Shown: positions 10,144 to 19,500 of the stretch, piece after piece
How the letters are laid out: every line of letters begins with the position of its first letter
Position numbering within the stretch: position 1 is the stretch's first letter
Origin: Pseudomonas aeruginosa
GTDB taxonomy: Bacteria; Pseudomonadota; Gammaproteobacteria; Pseudomonadales; Pseudomonadaceae
DNA length: 32,000 nt
Direction of reading: 5' to 3'
Assembly: GCF_001457615.1 (NCBI RefSeq)
Contig: NZ_LN831024.1
Location: forward strand, 5,040,001-5,072,000
Position numbers and translations under genes: made by a program
The notes under the pieces: generated by a model
What the model was told of the DNA's origin: nothing
Seen by the model: only the letters and a program-made list of their open reading frames with translations
The model's database searches: none

Positions 10144-11598
10144 ATGCTGCATCAATTGACCCTCGCCGAGATCGCCCGCGCCCTCGCCGACAAGCAATTT
10201 TCCGCCGAAGAGCTGACCCGCACCCTGCTCGGTCGCATCCGGCAGCTGGATCCCCAGCTCAACAGTTTCATCAGCATCACCGACGACCTGGCCATCGCCC
10301 AGGCCAAGGCAGCCGACGAACGGCGCGCCAACGGCGAGAACGGCGCCCTGCTCGGCGCGCCGATCGCCCACAAGGACCTGTTCTGCACCCAGGGCGTACG
10401 CACCAGCTGCGGTTCGAAGATGCTCGACAACTTCGTCTCGCCCTACGACGCCACCGTGGTCGAGAAGCTCACCGCCGCCGGCGCCGTTACCCTCGGCAAG
10501 CTGAACATGGATGAATTCGCCATGGGCTCGTCGAACCAGTCCAGCCACTACGGCGCGGTGAAGAACCCCTGGAGCCTCGACCGCGTGCCGGGCGGCTCCT
10601 CCGGCGGTTCCGCCGCGGCAGTCGCCGCGCGCCTGCTGCCGGCCGCCACCGGCACCGATACCGGCGGCTCGATCCGCCAACCGGCGGCGCTGACCAACCT
10701 CACCGGGATCAAGCCAACCTACGGCCGGGTTTCCCGCTGGGGCATGATCGCCTACGCCTCCAGCCTCGACCAGGGCGGCCCGCTGGCGCGCACCGCCGAG
10801 GACTGCGCGCTGATGCTGGGGGTGATGGCCGGATTCGATCCGAAGGACTCGACCAGCGTCGAACAGCCGGTGGACGACTACCTGGCCGCCCTGCAGAAGC
10901 CGCTGAGCGGCCTGCGCATCGGCCTGCCGCGGGAATACTTCGGCGCCGGCCTCGACAGCCGCATCGCCGACGCGGTGCTGGCCGTGGTCGAGGAGCTGAA
11001 GACGCTCGGCGCCACGGTGAAGGACATTTCCCTGCCGAACATGCAGCACGCCATCCCGGCCTACTACGTAATCGCGCCGGCCGAGGCGTCCTCCAACCTG
11101 TCGCGCTTCGACGGCGTGCGCTATGGCTATCGTTGCGACGCCCCGCAGAACCTGGAAGACCTGTACAAGCGCTCGCGCGCGGAAGGCTTCGGCAGCGAAG
11201 TGAAGAACCGCATCATGGTCGGCACCTACGCACTCTCGGCCGGCTACTACGATGCCTATTACCTGCAGGCTCAGAAGATTCGCCGGCTGATCAAGAACGA
11301 CTTCGTCAGCGCCTTTGCCGAAGTGGACGTGATCCTCGGCCCGACCACGCCGAACCCGGCCTGGAAGATCGGCGAGAAAAACGACGACCCGGTTTCCCAG
11401 TACCTGGAAGACATCTACACCATCACCGCCAACCTCGCCGGCCTGCCGGGGCTGTCCATGCCCGCCGGCTTCGTCGACGGCCTGCCGGTGGGTGTCCAGT
11501 TGCTCGCGCCCTACTTCCAGGAAGGCCGCCTGCTCAACGTCGCGCACCAGTACCAGCAGGTCAGCGACTGGCACACCCGCACCCCGGCCGGCTTCTAA
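10144..11598 (+). CDS. gatA: Glu/Asp-tRNA amidotransferase subunit A
   Basis: 484 aa. Contains the amidase signature ...[13 protein letters not shown].... AAGGA lies upstream of the ATG. Confidence 0.97.
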   Translation: MLHQLTLAEIARALADKQFSAEELTRTLLGRIRQLDPQLNSFISITDDLAIAQAKAADERRANGENGALLGAPIAHKDLFCTQGVRTSCGSKMLDNFVSPYDATVVEKLTAAGAVTLGKLNMDEFAMGSSNQSSHYGAVKNPWSLDRVPGGSSGGSAAAVAARLLPAATGTDTGGSIRQPAALTNLTGIKPTYGRVSRWGMIAYASSLDQGGPLARTAEDCALMLGVMAGFDPKDSTSVEQPVDDYLAALQKPLSGLRIGLPREYFGAGLDSRIADAVLAVVEELKTLGATVKDISLPNMQHAIPAYYVIAPAEASSNLSRFDGVRYGYRCDAPQNLEDLYKRSRAEGFGSEVKNRIMVGTYALSAGYYDAYYLQAQKIRRLIKNDFVSAFAEVDVILGPTTPNPAWKIGEKNDDPVSQYLEDIYTITANLAGLPGLSMPAGFVDGLPVGVQLLAPYFQEGRLLNVAHQYQQVSDWHTRTPAGF

Positions 11599-11625
11599 GC
11601 CATGGCAACGCCACGCAGTCCCCTC

Positions 11626-11679
11626 CCCTCTCCCGGCGCGGAGAGGGCGACCCGCAGGGTCGGCAGCGGGACTGCGCAG
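11626..11679. other. GC-rich palindromic structures in the 106-nt gatA-gatB spacer
   Basis: Three elements: hairpin CCCTCTCC(C)-GGCG-(G)GGAGAGGG (11626-11647), hairpin CGACCC-GCA-GGGTCG (11648-11662), and the palindrome CTGCGCAG (11672-11679). No U-tract follows any of them. Confidence 0.5.
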
Positions 11680-11704
11680 GCACAGAAGGATTGAGGAACA
11701 CCAC

Positions 11705-13150
11705 ATGCAATGGGAAACCGTGATCGGGCTGGAAATCCACGCACAGCTCGCCACCCAATCGAAGATCTTCTCCGGCAGCTCGACCGCCTTCGGCGCCGCG
11801 CCGAATACCCAAGCCAGCCTGGTCGACCTGGCCATGCCGGGCACCCTGCCGGTGCTCAACGAGGAGGCCGTACGCATGGCCTGCCTGTTCGGCCTGGCGA
11901 TCGACGCACGGATCGACCGGCAGAACGTGTTCGCCCGCAAGAACTACTTCTACCCCGACCTGCCGAAGGGCTACCAGACCAGCCAGATGGACCATCCCAT
12001 CGTCGGCAAGGGCCATCTCGACATCACCCTGGAAGACGGCACCAGCAAGCGCATCGGCATCACCCGCGCGCACCTGGAGGAGGACGCCGGCAAGAGCCTG
12101 CACGAAGACTTCCAGGGCATGAGCGGCATCGACCTGAACCGCGCCGGCACGCCGTTGCTGGAGATCGTTTCCGAGCCGGACATCCGCAGCGCCAAGGAAG
12201 CCGTGGCCTACGTCAAGGCGATCCACGCCCTGGTGCGCTACCTGGGCATCTGCGACGGCAACATGGCCGAGGGCTCGCTGCGCTGCGACTGCAACGTCTC
12301 GGTACGACCGAAGGGCCAGGCCGAATTCGGCACCCGCGCCGAGATCAAGAACGTCAACTCCTTCCGCTTCATCGAGAAGGCGATCAACCATGAGATCCAG
12401 CGCCAGATCGAGCTGATCGAGGACGGCGGCAAGGTAGTCCAGGAAACCCGCCTGTACGACCCGAACAAGGACGAGACCCGCTCCATGCGCGGCAAGGAAG
12501 AAGCCAACGACTACCGTTACTTCCCCTGTCCCGACCTGCTGCCGGTGGTCATCGAGCCCGAGTACCTGGCGAAGCTGCGCGAGCAACTGCCGGAACTGCC
12601 GGTGCAGAAGCGCGAACGCTTCGAGAGCCAGTACGGCCTGTCCGCCTACGATGCCAGCGTGCTGTCCGCCAGCCGCGAGATGGCCGACTACTTCGAGAAG
12701 GTCCAGGGCATCTGCGGCGACGCCAAGCTGGCGGCCAACTGGGTGATGGTCGAGCTGGGCAGCCTGCTCAACAAGGACGGCCTGGAGATCGAGCAGTCTC
12801 CGGTGTCCGCCGAGCAACTGGGCGGCATGATCCTGCGCATCAAGGACAACACCATCTCCGGCAAGATCGCCAAGATGGTCTTCGAAGCCATGGCCAACGG
12901 CGAGGGTTCCGCCGACCAGATCATCGAGGCCAAGGGCCTGAAGCAGGTCACCGACAGTGGCGCCATCGAGAAGATGCTCGACGAGGTGCTGGCGGCCAAC
13001 GTCGAGCAGGTCGAGCAGTACCGCGCCGCCGACGAGGCCAAGCGCGGCAAGATGTTCGGCTTCTTCGTCGGCCAGGCGATGAAGGCCTCGAAAGGCAAGG
13101 CCAACCCGCAGCAGGTGAACGAGTTGCTGAAGAAAAAGCTCGAAGCGTGA
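11705..13150 (+). CDS. gatB: Glu/Asp-tRNA amidotransferase subunit B
   Basis: The ATG at 11705 opens [25 protein letters not shown]... (481 aa). The 71 upstream codons of the track ORF (from 11492) overlap the gatA 3' end and are Arg/Ser/Pro-rich junk. Has a GatB/YqeY C-terminal domain. Confidence 0.96.
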   Translation: MQWETVIGLEIHAQLATQSKIFSGSSTAFGAAPNTQASLVDLAMPGTLPVLNEEAVRMACLFGLAIDARIDRQNVFARKNYFYPDLPKGYQTSQMDHPIVGKGHLDITLEDGTSKRIGITRAHLEEDAGKSLHEDFQGMSGIDLNRAGTPLLEIVSEPDIRSAKEAVAYVKAIHALVRYLGICDGNMAEGSLRCDCNVSVRPKGQAEFGTRAEIKNVNSFRFIEKAINHEIQRQIELIEDGGKVVQETRLYDPNKDETRSMRGKEEANDYRYFPCPDLLPVVIEPEYLAKLREQLPELPVQKRERFESQYGLSAYDASVLSASREMADYFEKVQGICGDAKLAANWVMVELGSLLNKDGLEIEQSPVSAEQLGGMILRIKDNTISGKIAKMVFEAMANGEGSADQIIEAKGLKQVTDSGAIEKMLDEVLAANVEQVEQYRAADEAKRGKMFGFFVGQAMKASKGKANPQQVNELLKKKLEA

Positions 13151-13159
13151 GTCAAAGCC

Positions 13160-13190
13160 AGACGCCGGGTTCGCCCGGCGTCTTCTTGTC
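13160..13190 (+). terminator. Rho-independent terminator after gatB
   Basis: AGACGCCGGG-TTCG-CCCGGCGTCT forms a perfect 10-bp stem with a tetraloop, followed by TCTTGTC. It begins 10 nt after the gatB stop. Confidence 0.75.
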
Positions 13191-13209
13191 CGCCAGGAGC
13201 CTGTTGTCC

Positions 13210-13587
13210 ATGCCCACCCCATCCGCCGCCGCGCGCCTCGCCCTCGCCGTCCTGCCCCTGTTCCTCGCCGGCTGCTCCAGCCTCGCCGGCAGCGGTTCCG
13301 CGGATACCGGCGAAGCCTCCTACTATGGCAGCCGCCACGCAGGCCTGCGTACCGCCAGCGGCGAGCGCTACAACCCCAACGCAATGACCGCTGCCCACCG
13401 CACGTTGCCGTTCGGCACCCGCGTGCGGGTAACCAACCTCGACAACCGCCGCAGCGTGGTGGTGCGGATCAACGATCGCGGGCCGTTCCGCCGCGGACGG
13501 ATCATCGATGTATCGCGCAAGGCCGCCGAAGGCCTGGGTATGATCCGCAGCGGCGTGGCGCCGGTTCAGATAGAGTCGCTGGATTGA
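13210..13587 (+). CDS. Small RlpA-like (double-psi beta-barrel) lipoprotein
   Basis: The ATG at 13210 gives MPTPSAAARLALAVLPLFLAGC with a lipobox (LAGC). This is followed by the RlpA/DPBB core ASYYGSRHAGLRTASGERYNPNAMTAAHRTLPFGTRVRVTNLDNRRSVVVRINDRGPF. The GTG at 13147 is rejected because it would place the terminator hairpin inside the coding sequence, ahead of the signal peptide. Confidence 0.8.
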   Translation: MPTPSAAARLALAVLPLFLAGCSSLAGSGSADTGEASYYGSRHAGLRTASGERYNPNAMTAAHRTLPFGTRVRVTNLDNRRSVVVRINDRGPFRRGRIIDVSRKAAEGLGMIRSGVAPVQIESLD

Positions 13588-13618
13588 GCCACCTTCTACC
13601 CACGACAGGAACCTTCCG

Positions 13619-14005
13619 ATGAGCGAACAAGGCAAGACCGGCCTGGAGATCCGACGTGAAGTCATGGGCGACGCCTTCGTCGAGCGCGCCATGGGCAACG
13701 CCACCGCCTTCACCCAGCCATTGCAGGACTTCGTCAACGAGCATGCCTGGGGCTCGGTCTGGGCCCGCGAGGCGCTGCCGCGCAAGACCCGCAGCCTGAT
13801 TACCCTGGCCGCCCTGACCGCCCTGAAATGCCCGCAGGAACTCAAGGGGCACGTGCGCGGTGCGCTGAACAACGGCTGCACGGTGGAGGAAATCCGCGAG
13901 GCACTGCTGCACTGCGCGGTCTATGCCGGGGTGCCGGCGGCGATCGATGCGTTCCGTGCGGCGCAGGAAGCGATCGATACCTGGCAGGGCGAACAGCCCG
14001 CCTGA
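13619..14005 (+). CDS. Carboxymuconolactone decarboxylase (CMD/PcaC-like, AhpD-fold) family protein
   Basis: 128 aa. Contains ...AWGSVWAREALPRKTRSLITLAALTAL...EEIREALLHCAVYAGVPAAIDAF, the typical gamma-CMD family core. AGGAA lies upstream. Confidence 0.8.
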   Translation: MSEQGKTGLEIRREVMGDAFVERAMGNATAFTQPLQDFVNEHAWGSVWAREALPRKTRSLITLAALTALKCPQELKGHVRGALNNGCTVEEIREALLHCAVYAGVPAAIDAFRAAQEAIDTWQGEQPA

Positions 14006-14078
14006 GCCCAGGAGCCATTCGCAGCGGCATGAGCGCCGCCGTCAGGCCACGGGTTGATAACACCGATGCCTGAGCGAC

Positions 14079-14107
14079 GGCGAATAACGCCAGGGGCGTT
14101 ATCCGCC
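14079..14107. repeat. REP-like imperfect palindrome between convergent genes (possible bidirectional terminator or mRNA stabiliser)
   Basis: GGCGAATAACGCC-AGG-GGCGTTATCCGCC forms a 13-bp stem with 1 mismatch and a 3-nt loop. There is no U-tract on either strand. The flank ...GCGTTATCCGCCCTA is reminiscent of enterobacterial REP ends. Confidence 0.45.
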
Positions 14108-14129
14108 CTATGGGACCGAGCGCAGGCGC

Positions 14130-14921
14130 CTACGGATAACTGAAGCGCTTCACCAGCGTCAGCTCGCCAGGCTTGCGCATCGGCACCAGGAAGGTTTCCT
14201 GTTTCTCGTTCGGCGTGCCCTCTTCGGTGACCAGGGTGATGCGCGCCGTGGTCAGGTCCTGGGCGGCCTGTTCGGCGCCATCCTCGCTGCTGCCGTAGCC
14301 ACCGCCGAAGTAGTTGACGTAGACCAGGTAGGGCCCCTTCTGCGGCGTCGGCGTGGCGATGATTTCCGGGCCGTAGCCGGTGGTGACGTCGACATCCAGG
14401 GTCGCGCCGTTGGCCAGCGAACGATTGCCATACCAGACATGGTCGCCGTCCGGGGTCACCAGGTGCAGGTCGAGGTCGGTGTTGTCGCTGTCCCAGGACA
14501 GCAGCACGCGCAGCTTGGCCGGCACTTCCCCGCCGCCGCCACCGTGATAGAACTGGACCCGTCGCGACTGCCCGGCGGCGTTGCGCACCTCGACGCTGTT
14601 GCTGCCGGACGGGAAGGCGAACGGGCGGTCGAAGCTGCCATCGGCGTCCACCTTCAGTGGCATGCTCACACCGTTCACCACCAGCGTCGCCGGGCGGTCC
14701 TTGGGCTGGCTCTCGATCGCGCCGCGAATGCGCGCGGTGGTCGCCTGGTCGGCGGCGACGTTGACCGAGGACGCCGGGTAGTTCACCACCTGCCGGTAAT
14801 TGGCGGCGGAACCGTCGCCGGCACGCCAGCCGGAGACCGGCGTATCCAGTTTCACGGGGTTGTCCGCCCAGGCGACGAGGGGAAGGCAACTGAGCAGGGC
14901 GGCAAGGGACATTCGGTTCAT
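14130..14921 (-). CDS. magF: MagF, DUF2135/YfaP-family exported protein (paralogue of MagA)
   Basis: The ATG at 14921 lies 4 nt after the magE stop and gives the signal peptide MNRMSLAALLSCLPLVAWA|D. Blocks shared with MagA: RVQFY, LDLHLVTPDG, YLVYVNYFG, ETFLVPMR..GELTLVKRFSY. It is the last gene of the operon. Confidence 0.85.
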   Translation of the reverse strand: MNRMSLAALLSCLPLVAWADNPVKLDTPVSGWRAGDGSAANYRQVVNYPASSVNVAADQATTARIRGAIESQPKDRPATLVVNGVSMPLKVDADGSFDRPFAFPSGSNSVEVRNAAGQSRRVQFYHGGGGGEVPAKLRVLLSWDSDNTDLDLHLVTPDGDHVWYGNRSLANGATLDVDVTTGYGPEIIATPTPQKGPYLVYVNYFGGGYGSSEDGAEQAAQDLTTARITLVTEEGTPNEKQETFLVPMRKPGELTLVKRFSYP

Positions 14922-14925
14922 GGAG

Positions 14926-16575
14926 TCATTCCAGTAGCAGGCGCCGGGCCAGGCTTTCGACATAGTTTTCGTCCTGGCCGCTGGGATGGGCGCGGAAGGC
15001 CAGGTGCAGGTATTCGTGGGTGAGGTCCAAGCGTTCCTGTAGGGAATACAGGCCGCGGACGAAGATGCGTTCGCGCTCGCGATCGACATAGGGCCGCCCG
15101 GAAGCCAGGCGGCACACGGAAAAACTCGGAATCTCCTCGTAGCCGGGCTCTCGGTCGAGACGCTCGCGCCACTGCCGGCGCTGCTTGCGCAGCCAGTCTT
15201 CGGCAGCCGGCAACGGCTGGCAGGCGGCCACCGGGTTGTCCCAGCGGCTCAGGCTGCTGCGCGGGAAAGCCTGGGCGAGGATGCTGTCGTAGCCCAGTCC
15301 CTGCCCGGCTTGCTCCACCGCGTGCTTCCAGGACAGGCGCGCCGGACCAGGCTGGTCGGAGTGATAGTTGACGGTCGCCCCGGCCAGCACCAGGTCGGCG
15401 CTCCAGGCAGCGATCCGCCGCGTCGGCGCGCTGGCCGGGCGCGGCGCCACGCGCTGGCGCTGGCTGCTGTCATCGATGGCCAGGCATTCGCCGCGCGGCG
15501 CGGCGTTTTGCAATAGATAGGTGCGAATGGTCACCGCCAGCGCGCGAGCGGCTTCCTTCGGCTGCGCCGAGGCTTCGCGCTCCAGCACCCGCGCCACGTA
15601 CTCTTCGCGCGAAACCCGCGCGACCAGGCGCGGCACGCCATCCACCCGTTGCAGGAAGAGGTCGCCGGCGCTGGCGATGTCCAGTCGATTGCCGTTGGCG
15701 AAGAGCACTTGCTGCGGACCATGCAGCAGGCCTTCGGCGGCCGGGTGGCCGGAGGGATCGCTGACCGAGCGCAGCGGATAGCGGCTGAACAGGTTCACTT
15801 CCACGCAACGGCCCGGATCGGCCGGCCACGGACTCGGCAGGAAGCGCCCGAGCACCTCGGCGTAGCGGTCCAGAATCATCTTGCTGGTTCCCGGGCCGCC
15901 GAGCCAGAGCGGCGTTCCATCGACCAGCCAGCCAGCGAAACCGCCCTGGCGCGCCTGCGGGTCATGGTCGTCGAGCCAGCTCCAGGTCTTCACCCGCAGG
16001 CGGCCGCCAAGGCTGGCCACGGCATGGCCGTCGCCGGCCTGCAACGCCACGTCGAGCAGTACCCGCCGCGCCTCGCCCTGGGCCGGCAGTTGCTGCAACT
16101 GCTCCAGAAGCTCCTTAACCGGCACCCGCGTCTGCGGTTGCAGCCGTTCCAGATCGAGCAACCAGGCCGGTGCCTGGCGCGCCTGCCAGTAGCCGCGCCA
16201 GGCCTCCGGCCGCAAGGCGAGGCGCTGCGGCTCGAAATACAGCCCGCAGGAGCGCACCAGGGCGCGGTCACGACCGATCGTCTGGCCATTCTCGCAGCAG
16301 TAGACCTCCTCGCGGCTGCGCCCCTGGCAGGTATAGGGCGGCTCGGCCTGGCCGGTGTCGCTCAGCCAGGCGAAGACGAACAGTTTCCACAGGCTGCCCA
16401 GCGGAGCCTGCAAATCGGCCGGCAACGGCCGGCGCTCGAGTACCCGCTGGCGATCCAGGCTCACCAGTTCGTAGCCCTGGGTCGTGCGCCAGGCCAGCTG
16501 GACCGGCGCCTCCGCTGCGCGAAGCAGCAACGGCACGGCGCACAGCAGGACCAGCCAGGCGCGCAACGCAATCAC
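14926..16575 (-). CDS. magE: MagE, DUF2300/YfaQ-family exported protein with a SpoIID-like motif
   Basis: The GTG start at 16575 overlaps the magD stop (GTGA, 16572-16575). Signal peptide [23 protein letters not shown]. 549 aa. Contains the internal motif [34 protein letters not shown] (15612-15502). Confidence 0.85.
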   Translation of the reverse strand: MIALRAWLVLLCAVPLLLRAAEAPVQLAWRTTQGYELVSLDRQRVLERRPLPADLQAPLGSLWKLFVFAWLSDTGQAEPPYTCQGRSREEVYCCENGQTIGRDRALVRSCGLYFEPQRLALRPEAWRGYWQARQAPAWLLDLERLQPQTRVPVKELLEQLQQLPAQGEARRVLLDVALQAGDGHAVASLGGRLRVKTWSWLDDHDPQARQGGFAGWLVDGTPLWLGGPGTSKMILDRYAEVLGRFLPSPWPADPGRCVEVNLFSRYPLRSVSDPSGHPAAEGLLHGPQQVLFANGNRLDIASAGDLFLQRVDGVPRLVARVSREEYVARVLEREASAQPKEAARALAVTIRTYLLQNAAPRGECLAIDDSSQRQRVAPRPASAPTRRIAAWSADLVLAGATVNYHSDQPGPARLSWKHAVEQAGQGLGYDSILAQAFPRSSLSRWDNPVAACQPLPAAEDWLRKQRRQWRERLDREPGYEEIPSFSVCRLASGRPYVDRERERIFVRGLYSLQERLDLTHEYLHLAFRAHPSGQDENYVESLARRLLLE

Positions 16576-19500
16576 TCGACCTTGACCTTGGCCAGCGCCG
16601 GCTTGGCTTCCAGGGCCTGCTGTTCCGGCGCGTAGAGACGCAGGTAGCGGGCCGGTGGCAGGTTGAAGCTGCCTTTCTGGGAGAAACGCACCAGGTGACG
16701 GAAACGCTGCTCGCCACTCAGGCTGTCCACCGGCACCCCGTAGAACAACTCGCCCGGTTCGTTGCGCGCGCGCTCCAGGGTGGTCGCTTCGTCGCCGGCC
16801 AGGCCGCTGATCTTGATGCCCCAGGTGGTGCGCTCGACATCCGCGCCGGGCGGCAGCGGCAGTTCCAGCATGCCGTAGCGTAGAGCGGTGTCTTCCGGAA
16901 CGTTCAGGGTCACTTCGTCGAGATACAGTTCGTCGCTGGAAAGCGGCTTGTCGCCAACCTCCTCGACCTTGAACTCGAACGCCCCCTCACCGGGCACCAG
17001 GCGCAGCAGACGACGGCTGATCTGCACCGGCAGTTGCCCGCTCGGCGCCTGGGCGCTGCGGTAGCTGAGCGCAACCGGCAACGGCCGGGCCGGCGCCTCG
17101 TCCAGGTCGACCCAGCTCGGAATGCCGCGGCCGCGCCATTGCCAGTAGGTTTCGCCGCTGGCGCCGCGCTGCGCCTGCCAGTCCTTCGGCGGCTGCGGCA
17201 GCTTGCCCTGCGGCGCCTGGGCCAACGCGCCCTGCAGCCAGGTCAGGGCCAGGGCGCGTTCCAGGGTCGATTGCGCCGGCGCCAGGCGTTGCAGCAGAGC
17301 GCTGACCTGCTGGCCATCCACGGCCGAGCGAGAGGCCAGCAAGGCATCGGTGAACGGCAAGCCGGCCTCACGCAGGCGCTGCGTCGCCGTCTCGGCCTGG
17401 GCGGCCAGCGGAGCGGGCACCGCGACCCGCAGTTGCCGTGCCAGGTCCACCGCCAGCACTCGCGCCGCGGCCAGGCCGACGGCCGAGTCCGGGTCGCCCA
17501 GCACCAGGCCGTCGTCGGCCTCCAGCGGCTCCGCGCGCGCCTGCCCTTCGCCGGCGTTGGCCAGGTCGTTGAGCAGGCCGCCGAGCAGGGTGTTCACCGG
17601 CAACTGCATGTCGCGGGCGAAAGCCAGGATCAGCGCACGCTGCAGCAGCGGGGTCTGCGTCGCCTGCTTGGCGTAGGGCTCGAGGATGCGCTGCCAGTGT
17701 TCGGCCGGCAGTTGGATCTCCAGTGCGCGGCTGGCGTACCAATCGGCGTAGTAGGCGTAGGCGGTGAGGAAAGCGTCGCCATCGACGTCGCCGCCCCACC
17801 AGGCGAACCAGGCGTCCGGGCCGGCCATCTGCACCAGGCGCAGGCGACTGTTCTGCATGATCAGGCGCAGGCGGTCGCGAATCCGCGGCTCGCCGCCGGC
17901 CAGCGCCGGATAGGCGATGCTCAGCGGCAGCAGTTGGCTGGCGGTCTGCTCGACGCCGCCGTAGGGATATTCCAGCAGGTCATCGAGATTGCCCAGGTAG
18001 GCCGCGGCCGGGCCATCGGCCAGGCGCAGGCGTACGTCGCGGGCGTCCGCCGGCAGTTGCAGCGGGTTGCTCGCCGCCGCCAGGCTGAGGTTCTGCGCCT
18101 GCTCCACCTGCCAGCCGTCGGCCAGCAGGTTGAAGCGCACCGCCAGGCGGTCGCGGACCTGCCCGTCCTGGCGCAGCTCGGCGCTCCAGTCGCCATCGCT
18201 GAGCGGCTGTTGCGCCAGCGGTATGTAGTTGACTCCCTTGGCCAGCTCCAGGGGCTGGCTGCGCTGGCTGCCAGGCGGCCCGCTGAGCAGCTCGGCCTTG
18301 ACCGGCTGTTCGCCCTGGTTGAAGACGAACAGGCCGAGGTCGGGCTGGTCACCCTGGCGGAAGCGGGTCGGCCCGCTCCATTTCAGGTACAGCGGCTTCT
18401 CCGAGCGAAGGAACTGCTTCTTCTGGCCGACCTGGCCGTTGTCGTCGATGGCCCGTGCGGTGATCCGCCAGCGGGTCAGCGAGTCGGGCATGCGGAAGCT
18501 GAAGCTGGCCTTGCCCTGGGCGTCGGTGACCAGCTCCGGCTGCCAGGCGGCGGTGTCGACATCCTCGCGGCGCGGCCGCTCCAGTACCTTGACGCCGCGC
18601 TCGCTGCGGTTCGCCCGTCCGGGTGCGCTGGTGCTGCCGGGCAACGCCACGTCGTAGCTGATGAAGGCCAGGCTGGCGCTGGTGCGCACGTTGTTGCGCC
18701 GCGGATGGTAGAAGAACTGGTCGATGCCGGGGGCGATCTCCGCCTGCAGGGCATAGACCATCTCATCCACCACGCTGACGGTCAGGTGGCTGGAAACCGG
18801 TTTGCCGGCGAAGCGCGTGGCCAGGGTCACGGTCACCGTCTCGCCCGGTTCGTAGCGCTCCTTGTCGGTGGCGATGTCGATCTCTACCTGGGGCATGCCG
18901 ACCTTGATCCCGGCGTTCTGGAAGCTGTAGTCGCCGCCCTTGGTGTAGAGCACCGAGAAGGTCAGGTTCGGTGAGAACTCCTCGCGCACCGGGATCCACA
19001 CGCGGTACTGGGTCGGATTGAGTTTTTCCAGGCGCAGCCAGTCGGCGCCCTTGGACAGCAGGGCGGTGGCCTCGACCTTGTCGCGCTCCAGGGACAACAG
19101 CGCATCCTCCACCGGCTCGGGGAAGGTGATCAGTGCGGAGGCTTCCTCGCCGGTGCGGTACTCGGGCTTGTCGAACACCACCTCGACGGTGCCCGGCACC
19201 GACTTCACGCCCTCGCCGCTCACCGAGTGGCCGGTGGCGCCAAGGAGCTGGCCCTTGTCGTCGCGCAGCTCCACGGAATAGGTACCGGGGCGCTCGAAGG
19301 TCAGCGCGAAGCGGCCGTCGGCGACCGGACCGCTGTCGGTGGCGCGGTCCTCCAGGCGGATCCACTGGTAGCTGCTCGGCTTGAGCGGGGTCGGCTGTTC
19401 GCTGGCATAGCTGAACTCGACCTTCTCGCCGGCGGCGCTGAAGCGCTGCGGCGCGCTCAGGCGGTAGCGCGCGGCGCCGCGCTCGATGAGGATCTCCTTG

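Noticed and set aside
11492-11704. N-terminal extensions offered by the ORF track (gatB from 11492, dppA1 from 27496, roxS from 26505, magD from 21230, magF from 15089, lipoprotein from 13147)
   Set aside because: In each case an internal start gives the conserved N-terminus or a proper signal peptide, with an SD-like sequence or tight coupling to the upstream gene. The extensions overlap upstream genes or terminators and are non-homologous, biased sequence.
10126-13384. Minus-strand ORFs of 604 aa (10126-11940) and 607 aa (11561-13384)
   Set aside because: They are antisense to gatA and gatB, whose plus-strand products are unmistakable (amidase signature, [15 protein letters not shown]). 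The antisense translations are Arg/Gly/Ala-rich low-complexity sequence.
12688-13912. Minus-strand ORFs of 397 aa (12688-13881) and 136 aa (13502-13912)
   Set aside because: They run antisense across the gatB 3' end, the terminator, the lipoprotein gene and the CMD gene. They cross a strong terminator hairpin and have no coherent domain content.
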